64,000 bases of DNA from Glaucostegus cemiculus (Eukaryota), in assembly GCA_976551045.1 (NCBI GenBank), contig CDPCPM010000007.1:7812001-7876000 (forward strand), in the 5' to 3' direction. Made by a program: the position numbers and the translations under genes. Shown piece by piece: positions 24,098-36,125 of this stretch (position 1 is its first letter; the number at the start of each line of letters is the position of its first letter). Under the pieces are notes generated by a model that did no database searches, was not told the DNA's origin, and worked only from the letters and a program-made list of their open reading frames with translations.

Positions 24098-26294
24098 AAG
24101 CCATTGACCTGAGTAAATGGCAGTGGCTTCTAAACATTCTCAGGAAGATACCATTTGTCCTCCCAGAGCCCTTAATGTTAACTGTCAGCCAGCCCGCCTG
24201 GTCTGTTGTCACCCATGCCAAGACTGTGCAGCCTTCTAGGACTGGAGATGCATGATGTGATTCTCCAAAGGCAACTGCAATTTCTGCATGGGAAGCCAGC
24301 AACCTTCTACCACTGAGGTGTCACAATGTCAGAGTATCAGGATACCAAAGGCATTTGGGAGATGGGCAGGAACGGAATGCACAAGGGTAATATGAATGCA
24401 GTATTGCAAGATTTCATTTGTAAACTTATTTGTGATTATTGTTGTGTTTTTTTTTCTTTTGTATTGTGACCAAACAGACATATGGAGGGTTAACAATGGT
24501 GGTAAGCTATGATTGCTAAATGGGGAATTGTGGATATGGTTACTAATATTGCACTTAATGAATTGCTCAGAGCCTGGGGAGAAAGAGATGGCTAAATCTC
24601 TGCCTTCATCCTGCTCCTCATATCCAAAGTCCATTGGTTTGATAAGCTTCATACTGAGTTGCAACAACCTATCTCTATTTTTGGTAACCTAACATTAAGA
24701 TCCAATTCGCTCATTCACAGTAGGGTGATCATGAATAGAGAGGGCTCAGTAATATATGTCCATTGATGAACGTGTTTTTGTCATTAAGGGTTAATAAGCA
24801 AATTAGAACTTTTAAAATAATTAAATTATTGTCAATATGGAATTCACATACTGGTTGTGGTCATTCTGAATGTATGATGCTAAGGATGGCTAAAATGTAA
24901 CTCTAACTGAATATGATGATAAATAAGTCCTCTGCACATTATATGGCTACAAATTCAAGTGTGGCAAAACAAATGGAAGTAGAATGCAAAAAAAAACTTT
25001 AAAAATCTGTTTCATTATCAACCATACTATATTTTTTATTAAAACTGTAATATAATTCTGTCAGAAACAGGAGACAAACCACATTGACAAAGCAGCATCT
25101 GTTAGGTATGCAGTCTTCTTTCCACATAAGGCAAGTGCAGGATATGAATTATCAGAATATCTGCATTAACAGATTACTATGCAGTGTGCACTCAATCTGC
25201 CTTGACCCATAAAAGACCAATAATTTGTATAATAGCATGAATCAACCAGTAGATGCTTCCTTCCAGCATAACACAATATAATTACTCTTCTCTAAGCATT
25301 GCTCAGCCAAGGAATTGCATAGAACATGACATGAAATCATGTTTGGATTGCCTGGTTTTTAAATTCAGTTTGAACTGCAAAATCAACAAACCCCTTAAAT
25401 GTTATTTATTAAAAAATAAGGCAACAGAGGGAAAACGTTTTGCAGAACGGTATCTTTCCTCTGATTTTTTTTCTAATCATGCACATTGAATTTTTTTTCA
25501 ATCCAGAAAGTGACACATTGCAGCTCCATCATAAATCTTGATAGGTTATTTATTCAGCAATTCAACCAACTCCTCACACTAGTAGCATCTGGGTCACTGC
25601 AATCTTGTAAGAGCTTCATTTTCAGAAGTAAAATTACCTTTTTGTACTTTAGTCACTGCATGTATTCTACATTCAGTGGTCATAAGCTATCAGATAACTT
25701 GCAGCTGTAGACTGCAGTAAGACAATTATTTTTTTTAGGACGGGTGGTTAGTTAGTAGAGCCATCACTGTGGCATCTGTCATCCTGAAAGGCTGGAATTG
25801 TTTTCTTTGATGAATGCCACATTCTGTATGATCAAAATTGGAACCCCCACTGTTTTTAATTGCAAAGTCTGAGTACTTGCACATTTGTTATTATGCTGCG
25901 GTTATTACCTCACACAAAATGAATTAACAGGTGAAAATTATTGATGAGAGGACGCTTGGGATTTATGCTCTTCAAAGGTAACAGATAATTATAGAACAAT
26001 GCATTTTTCACAACATCTGCAGGAGGGGCAGCATTCGACAAGCAAATAACATTTCAGACTTAAGAGCTACAGCTTGTAATAAACCCCATTTGTTTTTCTA
26101 TATTAGTTAATTGAATTATAATCCCTGAAAATAAGAACTCAGAATATGTATTATTTGTTGCATTCCTTTTGGTCCCAGATTTGCTGGATTTTCTCCATTG
26201 TTTAATAGAAAAGAGATTTTGACCTCTCCAATGACAAATCAAAACATTCAGCTAAAACAGACATGGTTTACACATTTTCAATCATGTATAAGTT

Positions 26295-26490
26295 CATCTT
26301 CTTCCCTTTCTTAGGCTGTCCCCCGGGGTCAATGGTGTATTGCTTCCACTCCATTTTTGATGAGTGGGAGGTGCTTGTGTGAGAATTCTTTAATATAAGG
26401 TGGCCATTGCACACCAGCAACAATGCAGACCTGACAGAGGTCTTTGTCCAATGATAAGGAGGTCAGAGATGATTGGAAACTAGGTTTTCC
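26295..26490 (-). mobile_element. RTE-like LINE 3' remnant
   Basis: cttaggctgtcccccggggtc...ttgcttccact resembles a chondrichthyan RTE-type end recalled from memory. Confidence 0.35.
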
Positions 26491-26679
26491 TGCATAGACT
26501 ACCATACAAATATACGTGGACACACAAATATGTAAAAAAGCCTACACTTACTAAGCACACACAGATAAACTCTGACCACAGGCACACATGCAAACAAGTG
26601 TTGTTGTCCTTGTCCCCTTCCTTGGTCCCTCCCTCGTCCCCCTACCCTCATCCCTTCCTTTCTTCTTTCCCCTTTCCCG

Positions 26680-27118
26680 AAGGCTGCAGAGGAGATTCAT
26701 CAGGCCAACCTGAGATAGAGCGATTCAGTTATTAGGAGAGACTAGAAAGGCTGAGGTTGTTTTCCTTAGAGCTGAGAAATCTGAGGAGGTAACTGAGAGA
26801 GTTATACAAAATTATGAGGGATATAGACAGTAAAAAACTTTTCATCATGGCAAAAGTGTATAAAATCAATGTGAATATGTTTATAGTAAGGAGTAGGAAG
26901 GTTAGGGAGCATCTGGGGAAGATTTTTTCACCTAAAGGATTATTGGAATTTGGAACACACTGTCTGAGGGAGTGGTGGAGGCAGAGACACTCAGAACATT
27001 TAACAAGTATGTAAACAATCACATAGAAAGAACAGAACAAGTGCTGGGAACTGGGACTAGTATAGGGCCTATTTCTGTGCTGTATGATTCTACAACTGTT
27101 TTACTTTATGACTCTGTA
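26680..27118 (+). mobile_element. CR1 3' fragment
   Basis: ERLERLRLFSLELRNLR..ELYKIMR; tail gggcctatttctgtgctgtatgattcta. Confidence 0.8.
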
Positions 27119-27835
27119 ACACCTTCTCTCAATCTCCTTCCCAGCATACCCATTTGGACCCTCTCTCTCTTATCTCACCCTCCTTCACTCACCACTCCCT
27201 CTCAGTTATAAGTTCATACTGAATAAAGAACAAGAAGGGAGAACAAGCAGCAGGGTATCAAGCAACAAAGAAGTTTCATTTGAATCAGGGCACTTGTTCA
27301 GTTTTAATGGGAAAAAATGGGAAGTGGGAATGCTTCTATGCAAAACTATTGATTGGAAAGAGTGCTTAATAAACTGACTCCATTACAGATAATAGAATGC
27401 CTTTAAAGAAGCTGTAGGTATAAGTTATATTATTTTGTACAATTGGATGCTCAATGTCAGCTTTGGAAAGTTATTTTTTAATATATGTGGTTTGCAGAAT
27501 TTTATATGACAAACTATTTCTTTTATATTATTTAAGATAACAGATTGATTATCTGATTTAAGGACAAAATTACCTAGCTTACTATTAATGATTTCTGAAC
27601 TAAAATTTCTTTTAACATTTCTTTTGGTTCTATTTCAGGTCTATTATATGTGTCTGTACATCTGATTGTTCTGCTGAAGGATCATTACAGCTTAAGTATT
27701 AACCATTCCCTTTCAGGTGCTGATCAATCTATATTTTTACCTTTTAATCACATTGCCCAATCCTTTGTAAAAATGATGGAATGCATTGTAATTAAACATT
27801 TTTCATTTTGTGACATAGCTTGATAGATTTTATTT

Positions 27836-27870
27836 CATCTTCTCTCTCTCTTTCTCTCTCTCTTTCTCTT
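27836..27870. repeat. (CT)n microsatellite
   Basis: tctctctctctttctctctctctttctc. Confidence 0.85.
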
Positions 27871-27899
27871 TTCATCTCGTAGGAGAACCCTCTTCTGCT

Positions 27900-28760
27900 C
27901 CCTTGACCTTATTCCAATAAAACTGTTAATGACCCCTTCAAGTTTTCTTCCCAGTCACCACGTTAGATGATATTGGTAACAGTTCCCTCTCCTCAGGTTT
28001 TTCTCCTTCGCATTCAAATCTACCATCGTCAGCCTCTCCTAAAAAAATACCTCGGAGACCTCTGTTGTCAGAACTTACCACTCTATCTCCTACCTCCCTT
28101 TTCTCTTTGAATCCTTGAACATATAGTCCCTATCTAAAACCATGCCTAAATATTTGTGAATTCCATTTTGAGCTCCTCCAAGCAGGTTTCCGCTTCTATA
28201 ACAATATTGAAACCACTCTTAATGAAATCACAGAATGCAATAAGATACCCTCCCTTAGCTGTAATATCTCAAGCCTTCACACTATCATCTTCTGATATCA
28301 CTAGCCTGTTGGTTAGCTAGTTGGAATTGCCCAAGGCTGGCTTCATTCTTATCTATTAAACCTTAGGCAGACAATCACTTACAGCTGCTTCTCTTCATAT
28401 TCCCACTGCACTACCTCTGGTGTCCCTCCAAAGAATTTATCCTTTGCCCCCTTCAAGCTGTACTTCAGCGGCAATTTCTGAGAAAGATATTATGCTCCAG
28501 CTGCATCTCCAGCCCTAAATCACTGCCACCTCTCTTGACCCCTCCAATCTCTCTGATCTGTTGCATTGTTTCTCTGACAAGCATTACTGGATAAACAGAA
28601 CTTATTTTTCTGGTTTTGGGAAGACTGAAGCTTTTGACTTTGATTCTACTTACATTCCTTGGAATAGTCTGTAGCCAAGCCAGACTTTTCACAGCCTTGG
28701 TGCTGTGTTTGACTCCAGGATGAGCCTCTGACTACATATCCACTCCACTACCAAGACTGA
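27900..28760 (+). mobile_element. Decayed L2-type RT
   Basis: Remnants resembling NYRPIS.LPFL, QAGFR..HSTETAL (ccaagcaggtttccgc..attgaaaccactctt) and TSGVP. Confidence 0.65.
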
Positions 28761-28780
28761 CTATTGGATTGAAAATGGGT

Positions 28781-28915
28781 NNNNNNNNNNNNNNNNNNNN
28801 NNNNNNNNNNNNNNNNNNNNNNNNNNNNNNNNNNNNNNNNNNNNNNNNNNNNNNNNNNNNNNNNNNNNNNNNNNNNNNNNNNNNNNNNNNNNNNNNNNNN
28901 NNNNNNNNNNNNNNN
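28781..28915. other. Assembly gap (135 N)
   Basis: Run of N. Confidence 1.
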
Positions 28916-31044
28916 AAGGGGAGGGAAGGGGAGGGATAATGATAGACAGATAAGAGGTGGGAAGGGGAGGGAGTCATTTGAGTTTACTCTTTTGCGCTTT
29001 TTAGTGCAGTCTCCATGGGTCAAGAATTGATCCCAGGTTTGTGGAGGCTCAGCAGTAATTGCTATTGGTCTGGAAAAGAGTCACTTTGTTGCCATGATAA
29101 CCTGTTATGTTGGAGACCAACAAAATAAAAGGATAGAAAACAAAAACAGCTAAAGGAAAGCACAGAGATATGGTGATATCTGAAAGCAATAATTCAAATG
29201 GGATTTTAATTCAAGGGAAAATGCTTAAAATAATAGCAGAGCATAATATATTCCAGTATGTGTATTGGGGAAGATAATATTTCAAAACAAAGAATTCAGC
29301 TTTAATTCTGAGCATACAGAGATCTGCCAACTCACTCCTTTCTATTTTTTTTATGATTAAAGTTGCTTGAGCTCTGGAGATTCAATAGTAATTGCTTGTG
29401 GTCTGAGAAAGTATCCTGGAGTGTCACGAATTCTGGAGTGGTGTCCTTTCAGATGAAGGCACAGTGAAATTAGACTCAGAGTAACTGGGGCTTGATTGAA
29501 GTGCAGATCCGACAACTAGAGGGAGACAAAACTCCACATAACACAAAAAGGACAGCATTCAGGGATAAGCCATGAAGCCACAGACATGTGGTGCATGGAA
29601 ACATTCATTCTATTTATATTAATATTTCCAGTAGAGTATCAAATATATGACATTTTAGAATTAAAAATTTGAGATGAAACAGGGTTGTAAATCCACAACC
29701 CTTCCAGGCACTCAGCCAATATAAGTACAACAGTGGTGTGGGAGGAGAGCACGGAATTAGTCCAGGACTCAGATACATTGGCTAACTTCAATATAGTTTA
29801 TTGTAGGAGTTCCTTTAAACCCAAGTAAGATCACCTGCAGTCAAGGGAGATTTCTAAAAGGGAGAAGGCAAACAGGCCAGCACTTTCCTCAACCCTAACC
29901 TGATGCTGCACATAGCACACCCACTGTAAAGGAGTAGAAAGGCCAATAGATTGGATCCCTGGTATAGCCAAACACCTGCTGAAATTGGTGACAAAACAAT
30001 CTGGGAAATGACAAATTCATTATTTAGGGTCAAATAATGGAATCAGTTATCATGAGAAAACATGAGGTTTAATGAAATGACAGTAACCATAATAGGAGTC
30101 AGAATAGGAAATCCCATCTGATTAGCCTCTTGAAATTTTTGATGAAATGACAAGTCCAGTGGATTGTAACATGTCATTTGATATATCAGGGTTGAATCTT
30201 CACGGCATTCTCTTGACTGACTGACAGATATTGAAGGTTTCTACAAATCTTCCACTGAAGATAATGTGGACAAATGGGACAAACCGACAGAAAACAAACA
30301 TACCTGAGCTTAAAATTCCAATAACTACCTTCGATCACCATAAAAGAAAAAATGGTTGATGTTGAACTGGGTGGATACTAAATAGGAAACCATGGTGTTA
30401 AACACCCCACCCACCATAAGTGCAAAATCTCAATTGATTCTACAGTGCAGGAGAAAAGGCATTAGTTCATGCTTAGCATTAGTGGACTGAGATTAGACAT
30501 GGAAGATGGAAGATCCAGCATTGTAATTGACCTTGTAAATTTACTAAGTTATAAACAATAATAATGCTATAGTTGTCAACTATTCTTCACATGAAGAAAA
30601 ACTTCGTAAAATTGGGGCCCAGGTGATAAATAAAAGCTAAAGATATCAAATCATCTCAAGAATAGCTGCATACAACTATGGAGTACTCTAGGCTTTATTG
30701 CATTGGCAGGCAGGATTATACAAGACTGTGGCTTCCTTGTCTTTATGGGCCAGATCATATTCTCCTGCTCTGTTGCATTACTTATGACCCCTGATAATAA
30801 CACAACCACATTTACTGTCTGTGCCATCTTTGTGATGGACCACACTGAAGATCTCCACCTTGCAGACCTGCTTTCACTGGATAACTAGGCTTTGGGAGAT
30901 GGAACTGAGGTGCTCACCTCTGATATTGTCCTAGCAACATTAAACAACTCACAACTCACAACTCACTGCCCATGCACTGAAGAGGCTTTATGATGTGCAG
31001 AATCCATTCAAGTTGGCATCAGGTTGCATCAGTGGTGGAATAGT

Positions 31045-31360
31045 AAGAATCCATGCTCCAGTCCAAAATCTTGACCAAAAATTCTAAGCAGATGCTTCAG
31101 TACAATAGATAGACTGATGCAGCCTAACCTTTAATCCAAGGCATTCATAGATCGATGGATAAAATCTTACGTGTTCTTTATCTTAAATATATAATTTATC
31201 TGATTCTTTGTCCATTCTTGTTTGGGGAGTGGTTCTGTGTTTAAATTGGCTACCAGACTTCTTGATATTATGATAGCAAATACATGTCAAAAATACTTGG
31301 TTGTGAAGCGTCCTAGGATGCTCTGAGGTTCTTCAGAGAGAAAAAAATGTGAGTTATAAC
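31045..31360 (+). mobile_element. Decayed DeuSINE-like element
   Basis: tgtttggggagtggttctgtgtttaaattggctacc...tcaaaaatacttggttgtgaagcgtcctaggatgctctgaggt resembles the Deu domain and 3' end as recalled. Confidence 0.55.
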
Positions 31361-31910
31361 TTTTTATTTAATACATAGATTTACCACTCATCTTTCAGCA
31401 GAATTCTTCTTTAGTCAAATAACATGGCCCAATAATCTCCTCCAGGTTTGTAAGATTATCCCTTATGAGAATGCTATTTAATGAAGACCTCTGATACATG
31501 GATCTTCTCTCTGACAGATTGAGAATTAAAAAGAAGCTGCTAAGCTGTAAGCCAGGCCTTGATATCAGATCACGTTCTCTTTGAAGACATGATTGTCCAT
31601 TAAGCCTGATTAAATTGAATGTCAAAATAACAGTCCAAGTTTAAATGGACTAAAATGGACTAATATGAAATCAAGGTGTAACTTGCAGTGGAATTGTTAG
31701 CATGTTTACAAAATATTTTCATATGCATTTTAAGCACTCTTTTCATTTGCTTTTGTTTCAGAAAGAGAAGTCACAATATATCTGGATTCCGAGGACACAC
31801 ACTGTGACTATCTGAGTGAACAAAGAATTTGTGGCAGAACGGATCCTCCCTTAGTCCCCAGACCACTCAAATATCTGACAGAATATTTGTAATGTAAGAC
31901 AGAATATCTG

Positions 31911-32358
31911 ACTGTCTTATGCAGAGAGGTTGGATAGACTGGGATTGTACACGCTGGAATTGAGAAGATTGAGAGGGGATCTGATTGAAACATACAAGAT
32001 TGTTAAGGGATTGGACAAGATAGAGACAGGAAATATGTTTGAGATGTTGGGGAAGTCCAGGACCAGAGGGCATGATTTAAGAATAAGGGGTAGGCCATTT
32101 AGGACAGAGGTGAGGAAAAACCTCTTCTCCCAGAGGGTTGTGAGTTTGTGGAACGTACTGCCTCAGAGGGCAGTGGAGGCCAATTCTCTGGGCACTTTCA
32201 AGAAGGAGCTAGATAGGCTTCTTATAGATAGGGGAATCAAGGGATATGGGGACAAGGCAGGAACGGGATATTGAGTGTTGAAGATCATCCATGATCTCAA
32301 AATGGCGGAGCAGACTCGAAGGGCTGAATGGTCTACTTCTGCTCCTATTGTCTATTGT
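31911..32358 (+). mobile_element. Young 5'-truncated CR1 with an open ORF2 C-terminus
   Basis: Uninterrupted DRLGLYTLELRRLRGDLIETYKI...RTRGH...WNVLPQRAVEA...GY* (31930-32274); tail ends tattgtctattgtc. Confidence 0.92.
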
Positions 32359-33084
32359 CCAGAATAGGAATGGCTACTCTATCTTGTGGGAATGTATCCA
32401 CTGGAAACCTAGTGCTACCATTTCCATTGCTCATAATGTCACATGAAGCAGCTATTTGAACATGCAAAGATCATCCTGGTGGAAGCATGGGTCTCTTTGC
32501 TATCTTATAGTATTTCCTGTATCTCATGCAATTGTAGGTGATTTTAGTTCCATTATGAAGGAAGTTAATTTAACATTAGACTTCTAAAAAAATGTCTTCA
32601 AAGGTCTCTGACTAGTAAACTTATACTAAGTAGCTGCAGAGATTTTTCTCCTTCTCATTCATGATAAAATCAGTGGTTTCAACCTGTTAGTTCAACTTTA
32701 TTTACATCAGATTCCGAGAAGGCATATCCACCTGTGCCAAGATCCATTTATAAAACGGACCGTAAAACGACTTTCAATATACATCTGTGGTCTACCAGCA
32801 AAGAGTATTAGGAAATGTGAGGCTTTGCACACCATTAAAGTGACAGTGACAGTTTGCTGTGATGGTAAGCTTGTTAAAATACTGAGATAAATAGGCTGTG
32901 AGGAAGGGAAAGACTCTGAGCTCCGCATTGAAGCCAGGAAACATTGCAGCCACTTCAATACCAAACCTGTACTCTACACTCCAATCCTGAACTCAAACAA
33001 TTTGCCCATCTCAAAATTGCTGCCACAATCCCTTCTTGAATGCCACTATTATCATCCTTGCTTCCTTCCACTTTTACTGACGGA

Positions 33085-33190
33085 TATTGACCCTGACCAC
33101 ACTGAAACCCAAAAGGTTAATTCTGTTTCTTTCTACACAGATGCTGCTAAACTACTGAATATTTCCAGCATCTTCTGTTTTTATTTTACT
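33085..33190 (+). mobile_element. Penelope-like terminal repeat fragment
   Basis: gttaattctgtttctttctacacagatgctgct..ctgaatatttccagcatcttctgttttt. Confidence 0.6.
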
Positions 33191-34186
33191 ACTCTAATGG
33201 TCTCCAGGGTAACTGATTTTCTACACTTTTTCAACTTGGGCTCATCCAAATATCTGCTGCCTGTTTCCAAGTTCACACTTTTGCATTCATTCAGTATCCC
33301 TAACCTCATTGGTTGACATTTGCCTGTAGTCTGGCAGCACTTTGAATTTATAATTCACAGCTTTTGGTTAAATGCCACTATGACCTCACCTTTGTATACC
33401 TCTGTGATTGTCTCAAGGGTCTAAACCTTTGCAAGGTGAAGGAGTGTCTCTGCAACGTAATTCTGGTCTTAGCGCAGTAGAGAGAAATGATCTAAGTTCA
33501 GGAAATGAAGATATAGAAGCAGTTTGGGTGGAGATGAGAAATAATAAAGGCAAGATGTCCCTTGCTGAAGTGGTGCATGGTCAGCTCATGTATAGGACAG
33601 GGTATATAAAGGAAGAAATAATGGGAGCTTGTCTGAAAGATACAGAGATAATTCTGAGAAATTTAATGGAAAAATCTGTGAGTAAAGGTACCCTGGATGA
33701 GGAGTTCATTGGGTATTTTTCAAGATAAGTTTTTTTTGAACAACATGTTCTGCAGCCAATGAAACCTTATATTGTTCAATGAGATGGGATTAATTAATGG
33801 CCCCATTGTGGAGGCACCCTGAAGTAGCAGCGATTACAATATGATTGAATTTTACATTCGCTGAGGGAAAGAAGAATGGATCAAAGATTATTACTTTAAA
33901 CTTAAATAAGGGCAATTGTGAGGGAATGAAAGTGGAGCTGGCTCACTAACAAGTTATATTAAAGTTGCGATTCAAAGGCAGAGATTTAAGGATATCTTTC
34001 GATTAGATACATTCGAATGAAAAAGGAAAAAAACTCCAAGGGGAGGCACCGACCATCTATGCTGAACTAAAAATGTTGAAGAGCATAGCAAACTTAAAGA
34101 AAACTTAAAGTAATTGCATAGAGAGGTGGTAATCAGAAGATTGGACAGAATATAAAATGTAGCAAAGAACGACAAAAAGAAAAGAA

Positions 34187-34300
34187 ATGTTAGAGTAAAA
34201 GATACCCTTATGTTAGAGTAAAAGATAAATGTTAGCGTAAAAGATATGTTTGGCACAGCTTTGTGGGCTGAAGGGCCTGAATTGTGCTGTAGGTATCTAT
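34187..34300 (+). repeat. Three copies of an 18-bp repeat followed by a ~55-bp CR1 tail insertion
   Basis: atgttagagtaaaagata at 34187, 34210 and 34229 (last copy has one mismatch), then tgtttggcacagctttgtgggctgaagggcctgaattgtgctgtagg. Confidence 0.85.
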
Positions 34301-34446
34301 AAAGTAAGCTACAAATATAGGCTGTAAGAGTTTTTAAAGAGATTTTAAAAGAGGTAACAAAGTGAACATTGGTCCTGTAGTATTTGAACCTGGATACTAG
34401 GAATGGAAAACAAAGAGATGGCAGATTTAAACAAATGTTTTGCATC

Positions 34447-34975
34447 ACAAAAACAGAAAATGCTGGAAGCACTCAGCAGGTAAAGCAGCTTCAGCAGGGA
34501 GTGAAGCCAAGTTAAAGATTCAGATCAAAGAATGCTCGTTAGAACTAGTGTTTTAAACAAGAGTGTTTTAATTTGCAGAGAGAGGGTGGGTAGTAAGAAC
34601 AGAGGGAATGTTTGTGATAGGGTGCAGAGCAAAACTGTCAAGGTAACAATTGCTTTAAAAATGGCAGTTGGAAGTGAAAAAAAAAGAAATAAATTGAAGA
34701 AGAAAAGAACAGCCACACCTGTGAAGAGAGAGAAAAAGGAATTGTTTACCTGAAATCGTTTAATTCAAACCAAGTCCCAAGGGCTGAGATGTACCCAGGC
34801 AGAGGATGAGATGTTATTCCTCAAGCTTACGTCAGGCATCTTTAGACCAATGTTAAAGGCCAATGAAAATGAGGTCAAACTGGGAGTGGGATGGAGACTG
34901 ACAGTAGACTGGTAGCTGAGGGTTTTGCTTGTGGACTGAAAGGAGCTGTTCTGCAAACAAGCACTTTGCACTAGT
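34447..34975 (-). mobile_element. Penelope-like element: endonuclease C-terminal remnant and terminal repeat
   Basis: Reverse strand of ~34750-34840 reads RKLEE*HLILCLGTSQPLGL, matching the typical PLE end RKLEEQHLIFRLGTLQP.GLN. Confidence 0.75.
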
Positions 34976-35904
34976 TTTCACTATAAAGGATATGAGTTAC
35001 AACCCAGATATAGCTGGAAATCAGATATTGGGAGAATCTTAGGAAAATCACCAGCACTAGGAAAGTGGTATATAGGAGCTGTGGACTGATGACTCTTTGA
35101 GTTCCAATCGAATGCATCTTAGAGAGACAGCTGTTGTAAACTAGTTCTAATTTTCCAAAATTCCTTAGATTCAGGGAAGATTCCCTTAGGTGGGAAAATA
35201 GCAAATGTAACCCATTTGTTCAAAAAGGAAGGGAGATCTACAACAGGAAAATATGGGGTAGTTAGCACAACATTTGTCACAAGGAAAATACTAGAAGCTG
35301 TGATATAAGATGTTATGGCTTGGCACTGAAAAATATTCAAGGTAATGATGTGAAGTCAATGTGCTTTTGTGAAATGGAAATAATGCTTGACCAGGTTATT
35401 GGAGATCTTTGAAGAAGTAACATGTGCCATGGATAAAGGAGAACTGATGGATGCACTAAACTTATGTTTTCAGAAGGCAGATGATAGGATGATGCATCAA
35501 AAGGTATTGCAGAAAATAAAAGTTCATGTTGAATGAGGTAAGATATTGGCAGATGGAAGATTAGCTGGCTAACAGAAAACAGAATAGGCATAAATAGGTC
35601 TTTTTCTGGATGGCAAAGTGTAATGAATGTCTCAGGGATCAGCGCTGGAGCTTCAACTTTTTACTGTTTAGATATTGATTTGGAAGAAGGCACGTAAGGT
35701 TTGGTTGTTAAATTTTCTGATGACATGAAGATAAGTAGGAAAATAGGTTGTGAATAGGACATAATAAGGTTACAAAAGGATAGAGATAGGTTAAGTGAGT
35801 GAACAAAGATCTGGCAACTGAAATATAATGTGGGAAAATGTGAAATTGGCAAGAAAAATAAAAAAATAAAGAAATTATCTTAATAGTGAGAGCAGGTAAA
35901 GAGA

Positions 35905-36125
35905 TTGTTTCATCACATCAGTACATCAAGATAGTACAAGGGCAAAGCAAAAACAGAATGCAGCATATAGTGTTATAATTACAGAGAAAGTGCAGTGCAG
36001 GCAGATAGTAAGGTACAAGGCCATGGTGATGTAGATTGTGAGGTCAAGACTTCATCTTATTGTACAAGAGGTCCAATTCAATACTCTTAGAACAGCAGGA
36101 TAGAAGCTGTCCTTCAGCATGGTGA
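35905..36125 (-). mobile_element. Rex/Babar LINE 3' fragment
   Basis: Similar to 2720-2925 (agtgcagtgcagg...gattgtgaggtcaaga...ggatagaagctgtcctt). Confidence 0.75.

Noticed and set aside
24120-24315. hAT-like TIR (cagtggcttctaaac)
   Set aside because: The matching right TIR is too weak and no 8-bp TSD was found.
28732-29023. ORFs containing X runs
   Set aside because: Artifacts of translating across the N gap.
34187-34246. CRISPR-like direct repeats
   Set aside because: Spacers are only 1-5 bp, the context is eukaryotic, and there are no cas genes.
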